Origin: Mobula hypostoma
Lineage: Eukaryota
Direction of reading: 5' to 3'
Assembly: GCF_963921235.1 (NCBI RefSeq)
Contig: NC_086097.1
Location: 52,330,001-52,394,000 of the forward strand
Length of the DNA: 64,000 nt
Positions 14,581 to 27,000 of the stretch are shown piece after piece; position 1 is the first letter of the stretch, and every line of letters begins with the position of its first letter. The notes under the pieces are model-generated. The model worked only from the letters and a program-made list of their open reading frames with translations, did not search any database and was not told the DNA's origin. The position numbers were made by a program, and so were the translations under genes.

Positions 14581-16190
14581 CATAACATCACACTCTGTGT
14601 ACTGTACCTATCCAAAATTCTCTTAAACTTTGTAACCAACTCCACATCCACCACTTACACTAGTAGTTCATTCTACACTCTCACTACCCTCTGCGTGAAG
14701 AAGTTCCTGCTCATGGTCCCCTTAAAAATTTCACCTTTCACCCTTAATCCATGACCTTGAGTTGTAGTCTCACCCAACCTCAGTGGAAAAAGCCTGCTTG
14801 AATTTATCCTATCTATATCCCTCATTTTTGTATACCTTATCAAATCTCTCCTCAAATCTTCAGTCTTCTAGAGAATAAAGTTCTAATCTGTTCAACCTTT
14901 CCCTATAACTCAGGTCAAGTCCCGGCAACATCCTTGTAAAGTTTTTTGAACTCTTTCAATCTTATTTGCATCGGTCCTGTATTGTGACCAAAACTGGACA
15001 CAATACTTCAAATAGGCCTCATCAATGTCTTGTACAATTTCGACATAACATCCCATCTCCTGTTTCAATACATTGATTTTTGGCCAATGTGCCAAAAGCT
15101 TTCATTATGCCTGTATCTATCTGTATTCCCAGATCCCTCTGCTGTATTGCACTCCTCAGTGCCTTGCTCCTCACCGTTAAGACCTGCATTGGTTGGTCCT
15201 CCCAGAGTACAATGCCTCACATTTGCCTGCATTAAATTCCATCCGCCATTTTTCCAGATGTTCCAGATCCTGCTGCAAGCTTTGATAGTCTTCCTTGCCG
15301 TCCACTACATCCCCCAAACTTGGTGTTATCCACAAACTTGCTGATGCAGTTCACTACATTATTTTTCAGATCATTGATATAGAAGGCAAACAACAATGGA
15401 CCCAGAACCAATCCCTGTGGCACACCACTAGTCACAGGCCTCCAATCAGAGAGGCAACCATCTGAACCCCACTCTGGTTTCTCGTGTGAAGCCAATCTCT
15501 AATCCTATATGTAACCTCATCCTGAATACAAGCAACAGGAACTTCTTGACCAACTTCCCATGTGGGACCTTGACAAAGGCTTTGCTAAAGTCCATGCAGA
15601 CAATGACCACTGGCTTTCCTTCAACTTTCCTGGTAACCTCAGAAAACTCTTAAGATTCGCTAGACTTGCTTATCGTGCACAAACCCATGTTGACTATTCC
15701 TAAGCAGTCCCCGTCTATCCAAATCCTTATACTGTATATCCAGTACTTTAGAACACTTTCCAATAACCTTCCCACTAATATCAGGCTCACCAGCCTATAA
15801 TTTCATGGCTTCTTATTAGAGCCTTCCTTGAATAACATCAGCTATCCTTCAATCCTGCAGCTCCTCTCCTGTGGCCAAGGATATTTTAAATATCTTTGCC
15901 AGAGCCCCTGCAATTTCTGCACTAGTCTCCTACAGGGTCCAAGGGAACAACTTGTGGTCCTGGAGAGTTATCCAACCTACTTTGCCTCAAGGCAGCAAAC
16001 ACCTCCTCCTCTGTAATCTGTATAGGGTCCTTGACCTTACTGCTGCTTTGCCTCATATCTGTAGACTCTGCATCTGTCTCCAGAGTAAATACAGATGCAA
16101 AAAATCCATCTTGGATCTCCCCCATCTCTTTCAGCCTCACATATAGATTAACATTTTGTTCTTCCAGAGGACCAATAATGTCCCTTGCAA

Positions 16191-16371
16191 GCAACACACA
16201 TCAAAGTTGCTGGTGAACGCAGCAGGCCAGGCAGCATCTATAGGAAGAGGCGCAGTCGACGTTTCAGGCCGAGACCCTTCGTCGACTGCGCCTCTTCCTA
16301 TAGATGCTGCCTGGCCTGCTGCGTTCACCAGCAACTTTGATGTGTGTTGCTTGAATTTCCAGCATCTGCAG
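16191..16371. mobile_element. Fold-back mini-insertion of Penelope-like element terminal sequence, 14-bp TSD
   Basis: Perfect 74-bp inverted repeat (16188-16261 / 16280-16353). TSD AATGTCCCTTGCAA at 16177-16190 and 16372-16385. Confidence 0.92.
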
Positions 16372-16474
16372 AATGTCCCTTGCAATCCTTTTGCTCTTAA
16401 CATTTCTGTAGACTCTCTTGGGATTCTCCTTCACCTTGTCTGCTATGGCAGCCTCATGCCACCTTTTAGCCCAT

Positions 16475-17873
16475 TTCATCGACTTTACTCCTAACTTCCA
16501 CCCAGCCCTCAAATTCGCTCGGTCTATCTCGGACACTTCTCTCCCCTTTCTCGATCTCTCGGTCTCCATCTCTGGAGACAGACTGTCCACTGACATCTTC
16601 TACAAGCCCACTGACTCTCATAACTACCTCAACTATACCTCTTCCCACCCCGCCACATGCAAAAATGCCATTCCCTATTCCCAGTTCCTCCGTCTCCGCC
16701 GCATCTGCTCCGAGGATGAGGTTTTCTGTTCCAGGACATCTCAAATGTCCTCTTTCTTTAAGGATTGTGGTTTCCCTTCTGCTGTCATCAGTGATGCCCT
16801 CGCCCACATCTCTTCCATTTCCCGCACTTTGTGCTCTCACCCCATCCTCCCGTCACCACAACAGGGGCAGAGTTCCTCTTGTCCTCACCTACCACCCCAC
16901 CAGCCTCCGGATCCAGCACATTATCCTCCACAACTTCCGCCACCTTCAACAGGACCCCACCACTAAGCACATCTTGCCCTCTCCACCCCTCTCTGCTTTC
17001 CGCAGGGATTGGTCCCTCCGCGACTCCTTGGTCCGCACGTCCCTCCCCAGGGATCTCCCACCCGGTACTTATCCCTGTAAGCGTAAGTGCTACACCTGTC
17101 CCTACACCTCCTCTCTTGCCACCATTCAGGGCCCCAAACAGTCCTCCCAAGTGAGGCAATACTTCACTTGTGAGTCTGTTGGGGTCATCTATTGCATCCG
17201 GTGCTCCCAGTGCGGCCTCCTCTACATCGGTGAAACCCGACACAGATTGGGGGGACCGCTTCGTTGAGCACCTCCACTCTGTCCGCCACAACAGACAGGA
17301 TCTCCCAGTAGCCACCCACTTCAACTCTGCTTCCCACTCCCATTCACATATGTCCATACATGGCCTCCTCTACTGCCATGATGAGGCTAAACTCAGGTTG
17401 GAGGAGCAACACCTCATATACCGTCTAGGTAGTCTCCAGCCCCTTGATATGAACATAGAATTCTCCAACTTCCGGTAATTCCCTCCTCCTCCCTTCCCCT
17501 ATCCCTATGTCACTCTGCCCCCTCCCCCGGCTGCCTACCACCTCCCTCTTGGTTCCACCTCCTTCTACTACCCACTGTGTTTTCCCGTATTCTTTCTTCA
17601 CCTTTCCTGCCTATCACCTCCCTGCTTCCCCTCCCCCACCCCTTTATCTTTCCCCTTACTGGTTTTTCACCTGGAACCTACCAGCTTTCTCCTTCCCACC
17701 CTCCCCTCACCTTCTTTATAGGGCCTCTGCCCCTTCCCTCTACAGTTCTGACGAAGGGTTCCGGCCCGAAACGTCAACCGATCTTTTCCACGGATGCGGC
17801 CCGATCTGCTGAGTTCCTTCAGCGTGTTGTGAGTGTTGCTTTGACCCCAGCATCTGCAGATTATTTTGTGCTT
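16475..17873 (+). mobile_element. Penelope-like retroelement (probably Neptune-type), 5'-truncated and frameshifted
   Basis: RT C-terminus (LPFLDL...YKPTDSHNYLNYTSSHP...SQFLRLRRICS), Cys-rich linker (CKRKCYTC), GIY-YIG nuclease (GVIYCIRCSQCGLLYIGET...RFVEH...HF). TSD ACCTTTTAGCCCAT at 16461-16474 and 17874-17887. Confidence 0.93.
17743..17780 (+). ncRNA. Minimal type I hammerhead ribozyme motif in PLE terminal region
   Basis: cagtt-CTGACGA-a-ggg ttccgg ccc-GAAA-c-GTC-aaccg. Intact core boxes, helix II GGG/CCC, helix I gtt/aac, palindromic loopless helix III (ACGT). Confidence 0.8.
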
Positions 17874-18034
17874 ACCTTTTAGCCCATCTGTTTTCCTTAA
17901 GTGTTCTCCTGCATTTCTTATACTTGATAAGTACCTCACTTTTTCCTACCTGCGTATACATACTAGGCACCTCTTTCTTTTTTCTTAACCAGGGCCTCAA
18001 TATCTCCCTGAATCTGTTATCCTTGCCTCTTATT

Positions 18035-18609
18035 CATAGTCATAGTCATACCTTATTGATCCCGAGGGAAATTGGGTTTCGTTGCAGTTGCACCAACCAA
18101 GAATAGAGTATAAATATAGCTATATAAAATCATAAATTAATAATATGTAAATTATGCCAGATGGAAATAAGTCCAGGGCCAGCCTATTGGCTCAGGGTGT
18201 CTGACCCTCCAAGGGAGGAGTTGTAAAGTTTGATGGCCACAGGCAGGAATGACTTCCTATGACGCTCTGTGTTGCATCTCGGTGGAATGAGTCTCTGGCT
18301 GAATGTACTCCTGTGCCCACCCAGTACATTAGGTAGTGGATGGGAGACATTGTCCCAGATGGCATGCAACTTAGACAGCATCCTCTTTTCAGACACCACC
18401 GTCAGAGAGTCCAGTTCCATCCCCACAACATCACTGGCCTTACGAATGAGTTTGTTGATTCTGTTGGTGTCTGCCACCCTCAGCCTGCTGCCCCAGCACA
18501 CAACAGCAAACATGATCGCACTGGCCACCACAGACTCGTAGAACATCCTCAGCATCGTCCAGCAGATGTTAAAGGACCTCAGTCTCCTCAGGAAATGGAG
18601 ACGGCTCTG
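18035..18609 (-). mobile_element. Rex1/Babar-type LINE 3' fragment (family A)
   Basis: Open frame SRLHFLRRLRSFNI...FYESVVASAIMFAVVCWG...RKSFLPVAIKLYN, typical of the Rex1 ORF2 C-terminus. Tandem-repeat tail catagtcatagtcata. Confidence 0.88.
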
Positions 18610-18644
18610 GCATTCTATTCTGTATGTTCTGGCAGGAGCATGCA

Positions 18645-18962
18645 GAATCAGGTTTATTATCACCGGCTTGTGTCCTGAAATTTGTTTACTTAGCAGCAGC
18701 AGTTCAATGCAATGCATGATATAGAAGAAAAAAAATAATAAATCAATTACAGTATATGTATATTGGAGATTAAAAATCACACAAAAACAGAAATAATATA
18801 TATTGGAAAAAAGTGAGGTAGTGTTCATAGGTTCAATGCCCATTTAGGAATCAGGTGGCAGAGAGGAAGAAGCTGTTACTGAATCACCGTGTGTGTGCTT
18901 TCAGGCTTCTGTACCTGCTACCTGATGGTAACAGTGAGAAAAAGGCATGCCCTGGGTGCTGG
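18645..18962 (-). mobile_element. Rex1-type LINE 3' fragment (family B)
   Basis: Shares its 3' UTR (cagaatcaggtttattatcac...gaggtagtgttcat...gaagaagctgtt) with the copies at 43390 and 55740. Confidence 0.75.
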
Positions 18963-19488
18963 GTGCAGTTCCTGTACTCTCAAAATTTCACTTTTGAAAG
19001 CTTCCCACTTACCAAGTATTACTTTACCTGAAAACAACTTGTCCCAGTCCACACTTGCCAGATCCTATATGATACCATTTAAATTGGCCTTTCCCAAATT
19101 TAGAATCTTATCCCGAGGTCCAGACCTCTCCTTTTCCATAAAATTACCTTGAAACTAATGGCATTGTGATCACTAGATGCATAGTGTTCCCCTGCACAAA
19201 CTTCTCATCCCAGCCCTGTCTCATTCCCTATTAGGAGCTCTGGTATTACATTCTTCTAGTTATGTACTAATAAAGGAAACTTCCCTAAATACACTTGACA
19301 AACTTTTCCATCCATTCCTCTTACAGTTTGGGAGTTCCAGGTGGTAATGTGGAAATTTATTACTACTATCACAACCTTGTACTACTTGCAACAGTCTGCA
19401 GTCTCTACAAATTTGCTCCTCAAAATCCCACAGACTGTTCGGTGGCCTACATTATAATCCTATTAATGCAGTCATGCCTTTCTTATTC

Positions 19489-21134
19489 AACACACACAAA
19501 ATGCTGGAGGAACTCAGCAGGCCAGGCAGCATCGAGGGAAAAGAGTCCAGTCGACACTTCAGACCAAGACCCTTCAGCTGGACTGGAGAAAATAAGATGA
19601 GGAGTAGAGTTAAAAGGGGAGGGAGAAACACAAGGTGATAGGTGAAACCAGGAGGGGGAGGGGTGAAGTAAAGAGCTGGGAAGTTGATTGGTGAAAGGGA
19701 TACAGATCTGGAGAAGGGGGAGTCTAATAGGAGAGGACAGAAGCCCATTGAAGAAAGAAAGGGGAAGAGGAGCACCAGATGGAGGTGATGGGCAGGCAAG
19801 GAGATAAGATGAGAGAGGGAAAAGGAGGTGAGGAATCGTGAAGGAGAAGGGGGAGGGACATTATCAGAAGTTCAAGAAATCATCGTTCATACCAACAGGT
19901 TGGAAGCTACCCAAATCAGTGGGGAGGGACAAATGGACAAGGGAGCCACGTAGGGAGCAATCCCTATGGTAAGCAGAACGTTGGGGGTGGGGGGGTAAGA
20001 TGTGTTGGGGATCCTGTTGGAGGTGGCAGGAGTTACTGTGCTGGACACGGAAGCTGGTGGGGTGGTAGGTGAGGATGAGAGGAATCCTATCCCTGGTAGG
20101 GTGGCAGGAGGATGAGGTGAGAGCAGATGTGCGTGAAATGGAAGAAGTGCAGTTGAGAGTAGTGTTAATAGTGGAGGAAGGGAAGCCCCTCTCTTTGAAG
20201 AAGGAGGAAATCTCCCACTTTCTGCTTTCTGCAGAGATCGCTCCCTACATGACTCCCTTGTCCATTCATCCCACCCCACTGATCTCCCTCCTGGCATTTA
20301 TCGTTGCAAGCGGAACAAATGCTACATCTGCCCCTACACCTCCTCCCTCGCTACCATTCAGGGCCGCAAACAGTCCTTCCAGGTGATGTGACACTTCACC
20401 TGTCAGCCTGCCGGGGTCATATACTGTACTGTTTCCAGTGCTCCTGGTGTGGCCTCCTGTACATCAGTGAGACCCAATGTGGATTGGGAGACAGCTTCAC
20501 CGAGCAGCTACATTCCATTCACCAAAACAAGTGGGGATCTCCCAATGGCCACCCATTTTAATTTCACTTCCCATTCCCATTCCGATATGTCTATCCATGG
20601 CCTCCTCCACTGTCGTGATGAGGCCACGTTCAGGTTGGGGAAACAACACCTTGTATTCCGTCTGGATAGCCTCCAACCTGATGGCATGAACATCAATTTC
20701 TCGAAATTCTGGTAATGCCACCCACCCTCTCCTTAACCATTTCCCATTCCCTTTTCCCTCTCTCACCTTATCTCCTTGTCCACCCATCACCTTCCTCTGG
20801 TGCTCCTCCCCACTTTCTTCCATGGCCTTCTGTGCTCTCCTATTAGATTCCCACTTCTCCAGCCCTGCATCTCTTTCAGCAATCAGCTTCCCAGCTCTTT
20901 ACTTCACCCTCCCAGTTTGACCTATCACCTTGTGTTTCTCCCTCCCCTCCCCCCCCCACACCTTTAAAATCTACTCATCTTTTTCTCTCCCGTCCTGCTG
21001 AAGGGTCTTGGTCCGAAACGTCGACTGTACTTTTTCTATAGATGCTGCCTGGCCTGCTGAGTTCCTCCAGCATTTTGTGTGTGTTGCTTTGGATTTCCAG
21101 CATCTGCAGATTTCGCTTGTTTTTGATTGGAATA
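19489..21134. mobile_element. Penelope-like element, inverted two-arm insertion with 12-bp TSD
   Basis: Minus arm ~19489-20210 and plus arm ~20215-21134 with a GIY-YIG remnant (CSWCGLLYISET). TSD CCTTTCTTATTC at 19477-19488 and 21135-21146. Decayed hammerhead motifs at ~20992-21026 (+) and ~19549-19585 (-). Confidence 0.88.
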
Positions 21135-23594
21135 CCTTTCTTATTCCTCAGTTCTGCCCATAAACATTCACTAGATGAGTAATCCGGTATGTCCTGACTG
21201 AGCACTGACATGACATTTTCCCGGACTAGTAATGCCACCCCTTCCCTCTTTAATCCCTCCTGGAATCTTGTTCTTATCCACAAAACCTCCTTTCTGTTCC
21301 CCTGACCCCCTATCATTACAAATTGCCTCCTCTTCCTCCTTCCCTTCTGAGCCACAGAACCAGACTCAATGCCAGAGACCTCTGCGAGGTCATCTCCCCC
21401 ACGCAACATAATACAAAGTGTTGTTGAGGAGAATGGCCACAGGAGTACTCGGTACTGGCTGCCTATCCCCTTTTCCCCCTCTTGAAGGGTTACTCAGTTA
21501 TCTGTGTTCTGCTCCCTGTATTTCTTGCATATAAACCCTTCAGCCTCCCGAATTATCTGGAGTTCATCCAGTTCTAGCTCCAACTCCTTAACTCAGTCTG
21601 TTGGAAGCTGCAGCTGGATGTAGTCATAAGGGACACTGGAGGTCTCCCTGCTTTCTTTGTCAAAGCCTAAACTCCCCACTCTAACACTGGCCCAATCCCA
21701 CAATGGCCAGTCCACTTCATCCTAACTTTTTAATGGCCTCTGCCAAGTACCTAATTATGCACAATCCAATATCTCCTTGGGAACTGTGGTGCACAAAATG
21801 TTCTGGCTACCCTTCACCTTTAAACTCCCTCTCCCTCTACTCCAATGTTTCGGGAAATGTAGCATGCAAAATCTCTCAGACAGTTAAGGAAAGATACTTG
21901 GTGCATGTTAGGTATTGGAAATTGAACTGAAAGAGAGAGTGAACATATTTTAAAATTAATCTTAAAGAGATGGAACTTCTAAGATTCAGTTTGAAATATG
22001 TTCACGTTCTCTTTCAGACACTAATCTTATTGAGTCATTTTTTATTTTCCTATTTAGACCAGAACAAAATTCACCACCATATTTGGAGAGGGTGGTATCT
22101 GTAATGTGAGACTCTAATCACTTAATGTTGGCCATGAAGCAAAATTCAGCAATGGATGAAGCAGTGTGTTTAAAACCTGTAATTCATCTCAGATTCAGTT
22201 GTGTTTTTCAGATCTGCATTATAAATTTGCATTTGATCAACTGATTTTATATTTAAAATGTATCTAACTGTGCTTTACCCGGTTGCACTTCAAGTTCATC
22301 TGTATATAATCTGAAGTGCATTTGTCATTAATTGCTGAAAATATTGGATTTAACAACAATATTTCACTTTATAAAATCATTGCTTGGCAATTATTCATCT
22401 GCAAGTCAACTCGGATCATAAAAGAATTTTGACAGGGTTGCAGATTGAGTACAAAACAAGCAGAACAGTGCTAGGAAGGAGCCTGACATGAAGCTTTCAA
22501 TATTACACAAGTCAGCAGGAAATCCTTTTGCTTTGCACTTTAGAAGATTATGCAGAAGACTTAAAAAAAATGTCAGAGGCAAAGCCGAAGCTAATTATAT
22601 TCCATTTAGCCACCATGTACTATCATAGATAATTGCCAGCAACAACTAATACAGCTGGAAACTTTGTCACTTGCAGCTTGAAAAAACTTGCTTCTAGAGA
22701 GAGTGCTGGAGTTAATGAACTGTTTTGCTGCTGACTCAGCTGCAATTGGCATTGATGGACCAAGAAGCTCTGGAACACAATCCAATATACGCGGAAGAAT
22801 AGAAAATGCTATGCCAGTAATTTTCTTACATTGTCTATTATGTTGATTTAGAACACAGCAGCATGCAGCTAATTTCAGATGACAAGCTAAGATAGTAAGG
22901 CCATTTGGCCCATCAAGTGTGTGCTAGCTCCCAGATTCCCATCAGTCCCATCCCCTTTCATTCCTATCTGATTCACTCTCATCAATCCCCAGATCCTTTT
23001 CTCACCAGCCTACACATGGGGCAATTTACAATGGCTAATTAACCTGTCAACAAGCACACGTTTGGAAACTGGAGACCCTGAAGAAGCCCAGGTGGTCACA
23101 GGGAGGCGTGCAAACCCTTCACAGACAACGTGGGGGTCAAAATTGATTCCAAGTCAACTGAGCTCTGCACTGGTAACATAACTACTGTGCTGTTCTATCA
23201 ACCAGCACGCCATTGGAGGTGGACTTTCTGAAGACATTCTCCAGCACTCTGCATTTTGCTACTTGGTCTTTACCTCTTCATGCTTTCCATGTCTACTTTT
23301 TCCATTACTCTCAATGTCAGCCTTTCTCCTCCCCACCTCAGCTCTCACTCTCCTGCCTCTCGACGCCTGTGTCCCACTCCCTTGCTTCTCAACATCTGTC
23401 TCTCTCCTCCCTGCCTCCCATTGCCTTCCAGGTCCTTTTCCTTGCCTCTCAATGCTCCCTTGTCTCTCTCCCTCCTGCCTCTCTCTCTCTGGCTAATATG
23501 TCCCATTTGTCATTGTTTTTCTTCCTTACGACATAGGCTATTCATCGAAGTGTGTCTGAGCCAGCTCTCAGAGTAATCCCATCTATTTCATGCA

Positions 23595-23895
23595 ACTCTC
23601 ACAAAATGCTGGAGGAACGCAGCAGGCCAAGCAGCATCCGTGGAAAAGAGTAAACAGTCGACTTTTCGGGCCGAGACCCTCCATTAGGACTGGAGAAAAA
23701 TAGATGAGTCAGAGCTAGAAGTTTGGGGGGGAGGGGAGGGAGAAACACAATGTGATATGTGAGACTGGGGGGGTGAATAAAGAGCTGGGAAGTTGATTGG
23801 TGAAAGAGATACAGGGCTGGAGAAGCGGGAATCTAATAAGGAGAGGACAGAAGGCCATGGAAGAAAGAAAAGAGGAAGGAGCACTGGAGAGAGGT

Positions 23896-23931
<36 letters not shown>

Positions 23932-24015
23932 GAATGGGGAATGGTGAAAGGTGGGGGGGGTGGGCGGGGGCATTACCGGAAGTTTGAGAAATTGATGTTC
24001 ATGCTATTAGGTTGG
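23595..24015 (-). mobile_element. Penelope-like element 3' remnant with internal (GA)n
   Basis: Same terminal sequence as the other PLEs. Decayed hammerhead at ~23655-23692. (GA)n at ~23902-23928. Confidence 0.8.
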
Positions 24016-27000
24016 TGTCTGCCCCACTTATTTCCATGTTACCTGTTCTCTGTCATAAGCACATCAGTTCTGTCCTGATTATCTACCAGCCTGCACAACT
24101 TTGGGATGTAGGAGGAAACCAGAACTCTTAGAAGAAATCCATTTGCTCACAGGGAAAGCTTGTTAGGCATGCAAACAGCAGGGTTACATGGCAGGCAGGG
24201 TTTAAGGGCCGAAGGGCCTGTATTGTGCTGTACTATTCTATGTTCTAGAAGTCAGAAGTGAATCCACATCAGATCTGTGAAATACCTGCTAAACCAATTC
24301 CTCATCTCCTCCCTTGCCTGTCAAAGCCTTTTGTATCCCAATCCAAGCCAAAATATATAATTTTCACTTTGCCAAGATGTCCTGTAAACAAGGGTGTAAT
24401 GTTGTTTTAATACTATTTAAAGCCGAATTTAAAACTATTTTAAATTCCTGCAATCAGCAGGAATTTGTGGGTCTATGCAATATACATAATGTTCCTACAA
24501 CGCTGTTCCCATCCTTAATGAAGAGGAAGGAGAACAGAGAAACGTTCATGAAAGCTTGGTGGCTATTCCAAACACTGAAGGTTACGTATACAGAAAAAGG
24601 CTCCCTGAGCAGGGAGATTGTAACCAATATTTTTATGTAATATAATCACTACAAGAAGGGGATTTGAGGGTTTTTTCAGTATTTTAGAGTATTTTGGGAG
24701 TTTCGAGTATTCTGTGGTGATGGAAAACAGAATTCATCATAACTTTGCAAATTGAAGAATATTGCTAAGATTTTTTTAGTATACAAGTAGGGAGTGAATG
24801 ATCTAAGTAAAGACTGAGAGAGAAGCTAAGATTGTATTTTAAATTGCTTGCTAAAAGACTTGTTATTTCACCAAGAAACTATTGGACATTCTTCAGCACC
24901 TGTAAGATAAACAGGAAAACCTCAGTATCCTGTTCTGTGAAAATGTGTACATGATTTTAACAGTATGGCAGTTTCTCAGCGATGGTTGTAGATTTACACA
25001 TAGGCTGTTCTTGCTGTGTTTAATCTGCACATAAAGAAATAAAATTCAAAGCAATTGACTCACCAGTTGTTTTACTTGGCCCCTAGTTAATAAGTTAGTA
25101 GAATAACCGACCTGTCGAATAAATTACCTAGGTTCATCCTACACTAGTGCTGTAGAATATAGGGTAACATAACCAGTTTTTTCAAGATATTTGGAGGAAC
25201 CAATAGGTTAGATAAAGAGGAACATTTTCTGCTGGTTGGTGGTAAGACCAAGTCAGGATATTTCATTTTTAAAAAATCAGGGCTTCCAGTACTGTTGTCA
25301 GGAAATGCTGCTGCAAGAAAAGGATGCTAGGAGTTCAAAATGCCTCTTTGCAGAAGTTAATTTGGATCAAGTGCATAGTTGAGTCCTGAAGCAGAGTTTT
25401 GACCCAAAAAATATTTACAGTTCCTTCCCTTTCCTTCACAGGTGCTGCTTGAAGCACTGAGTTCCTCCAGCAGAATGCTGGTTGCTCCTAGGTTCCAGTT
25501 ATCTGCGCTCCCTTGTGTTTCAAATTTTAAATCAGAGCTTGAAAGATCCCTTTTCAATAAGTTTGGGAAATTGTAGGGTCAGGTGGATTATAACCAGAAT
25601 CTTACAGAATGACAGGAAGACACAAGGAACTAAAATCACCTATTCCTGTTCCTGTTTTCTGTGGAATTTGAATTGATAGGTGGCCTTGACCAAAGCTGTT
25701 GATGTAACTATTCTAGGCATTCCTCTGTATTTCTAATTAACAATGTATGCAATCTACTTTTGGTTCCTTTATTGTCCAGGGTATGGGGCACAGTTTTCTT
25801 TAAATTCCTCAAACCTTTCGTAGTGTTTTAAATCATGGGTAACCTCTTTCCTTATTCTTCCTGTGATGTAAGACATTCCTTGACTTACCAATGTTCTTTG
25901 TTTTATTTTATCAATCTTTGTCATAATGGCAGTGGCTGTGAGAGGATTGGAAATTACATTTCGAAATGAGCACAAGTTAACTTGCATACATTTCCGACAA
26001 AGGCTAGTTAGTGTTTCACCAGAGGAAACAGCTGTGTGTGGTGCAATGCAAACAATAGGGCAATTGTCCATTGGTGTTAGAGGAGTTAAAAGAACGAAAA
26101 ACAATGTAGGACTAAATCTTGAGAAAAGTATATTTTGTGCATCTATATGCCCAAATAAAGCTATTTCCTCAGCCATATGTTCCTTTGACGTCCCTGTCAA
26201 TGTGCAGGAAAAAGCCTAAACCCCAGCTAAAGCAACGAGAACTTGTTTATTGAATGTTTTTCCTGATTTTTGCCGGTGGCACTGATGAGAACCTAAAAAA
26301 AGCAAGCATATTGTTTTTTTTAACATGGTGCAGAAACTAAAGGCCAATGTTTTATAGATCAGTATAGGATGAATTTTTTTAAAATCTCATATCAAGTTAC
26401 CAACCATTCATTAAAATCACAGAATATGAATTGATTGCAAAGAGCTTAAAGATCTGCTGATAGTTTCCTGAACTGTGGGAAAGCTTACAGCCACAAAGCT
26501 CTGGCTGTTGGGACATACTTTTTTTTATCCAACCCCAGGTGTTTCTGTGGCCTCTTAAAGAGAATTGTCAATTCAGGATCAATAATATCAAAATATCAAC
26601 TGTATCCCACCATCCGGGCTGTATCCCATCGATCCACTGTTACACTGTAAGACTATCAAAGTCTCTCAGTTCCACATTCAGAGTTATTTAATCGTGCACA
26701 TTATGGAAAGTATCAGTTGTTTATAGGTCACTAAAGGGTTCTGGAGTCTTGGTAAATGACAGATGCAACAACCTGTTTCAGTATCTCTCTCATTTTTGTT
26801 TCTGAGATGCAAAAGTGAGTCGCTAATACACAATAATAATGCAGATAGTTCAGTTCTGAATGAGCTCACAAGCACAATTGTGGATGTGACTTTCTTCAAA
26901 CAGGCTGCATCTTGAGCTTTCCACACCAGAATACTGCTGCAAAACAGAGAGTAGATTGCCGTATTCTATATTAATTAGAAGATTAACAGCCTGAAATAAC

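Larger units (their letters stand above)
13430..21750 (-). mobile_element. Old near-full-length CR1 LINE carrying at least six nested insertions
   Basis: Collinear minus-strand remnants run from 3' end (NFFTQRVV) through RT (GVPQGLVLGPLLF, KFVDNTK), linker (KVKENPK) and endonuclease (GVALLVREN, SSECLWAELRNKKG). Host sequence resumes across each TSD. Outer boundaries approximate. Confidence 0.8.

Noticed and set aside
16466..17357. Several antisense and alternate-frame ORFs over the PLE, and likewise over the CR1 copies
   Set aside because: Shadow frames of transposon coding sequence.
23213..23576. Ser/Leu/Pro-rich ORFs
   Set aside because: Products of a CT-rich low-complexity tract.
25769..26219. 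Overlapping 143-aa (-) and 97-aa (+) ORFs in unique sequence
   Set aside because: No recognisable motifs or convincing splice context. Could be regulatory DNA, but this cannot be supported from sequence alone.
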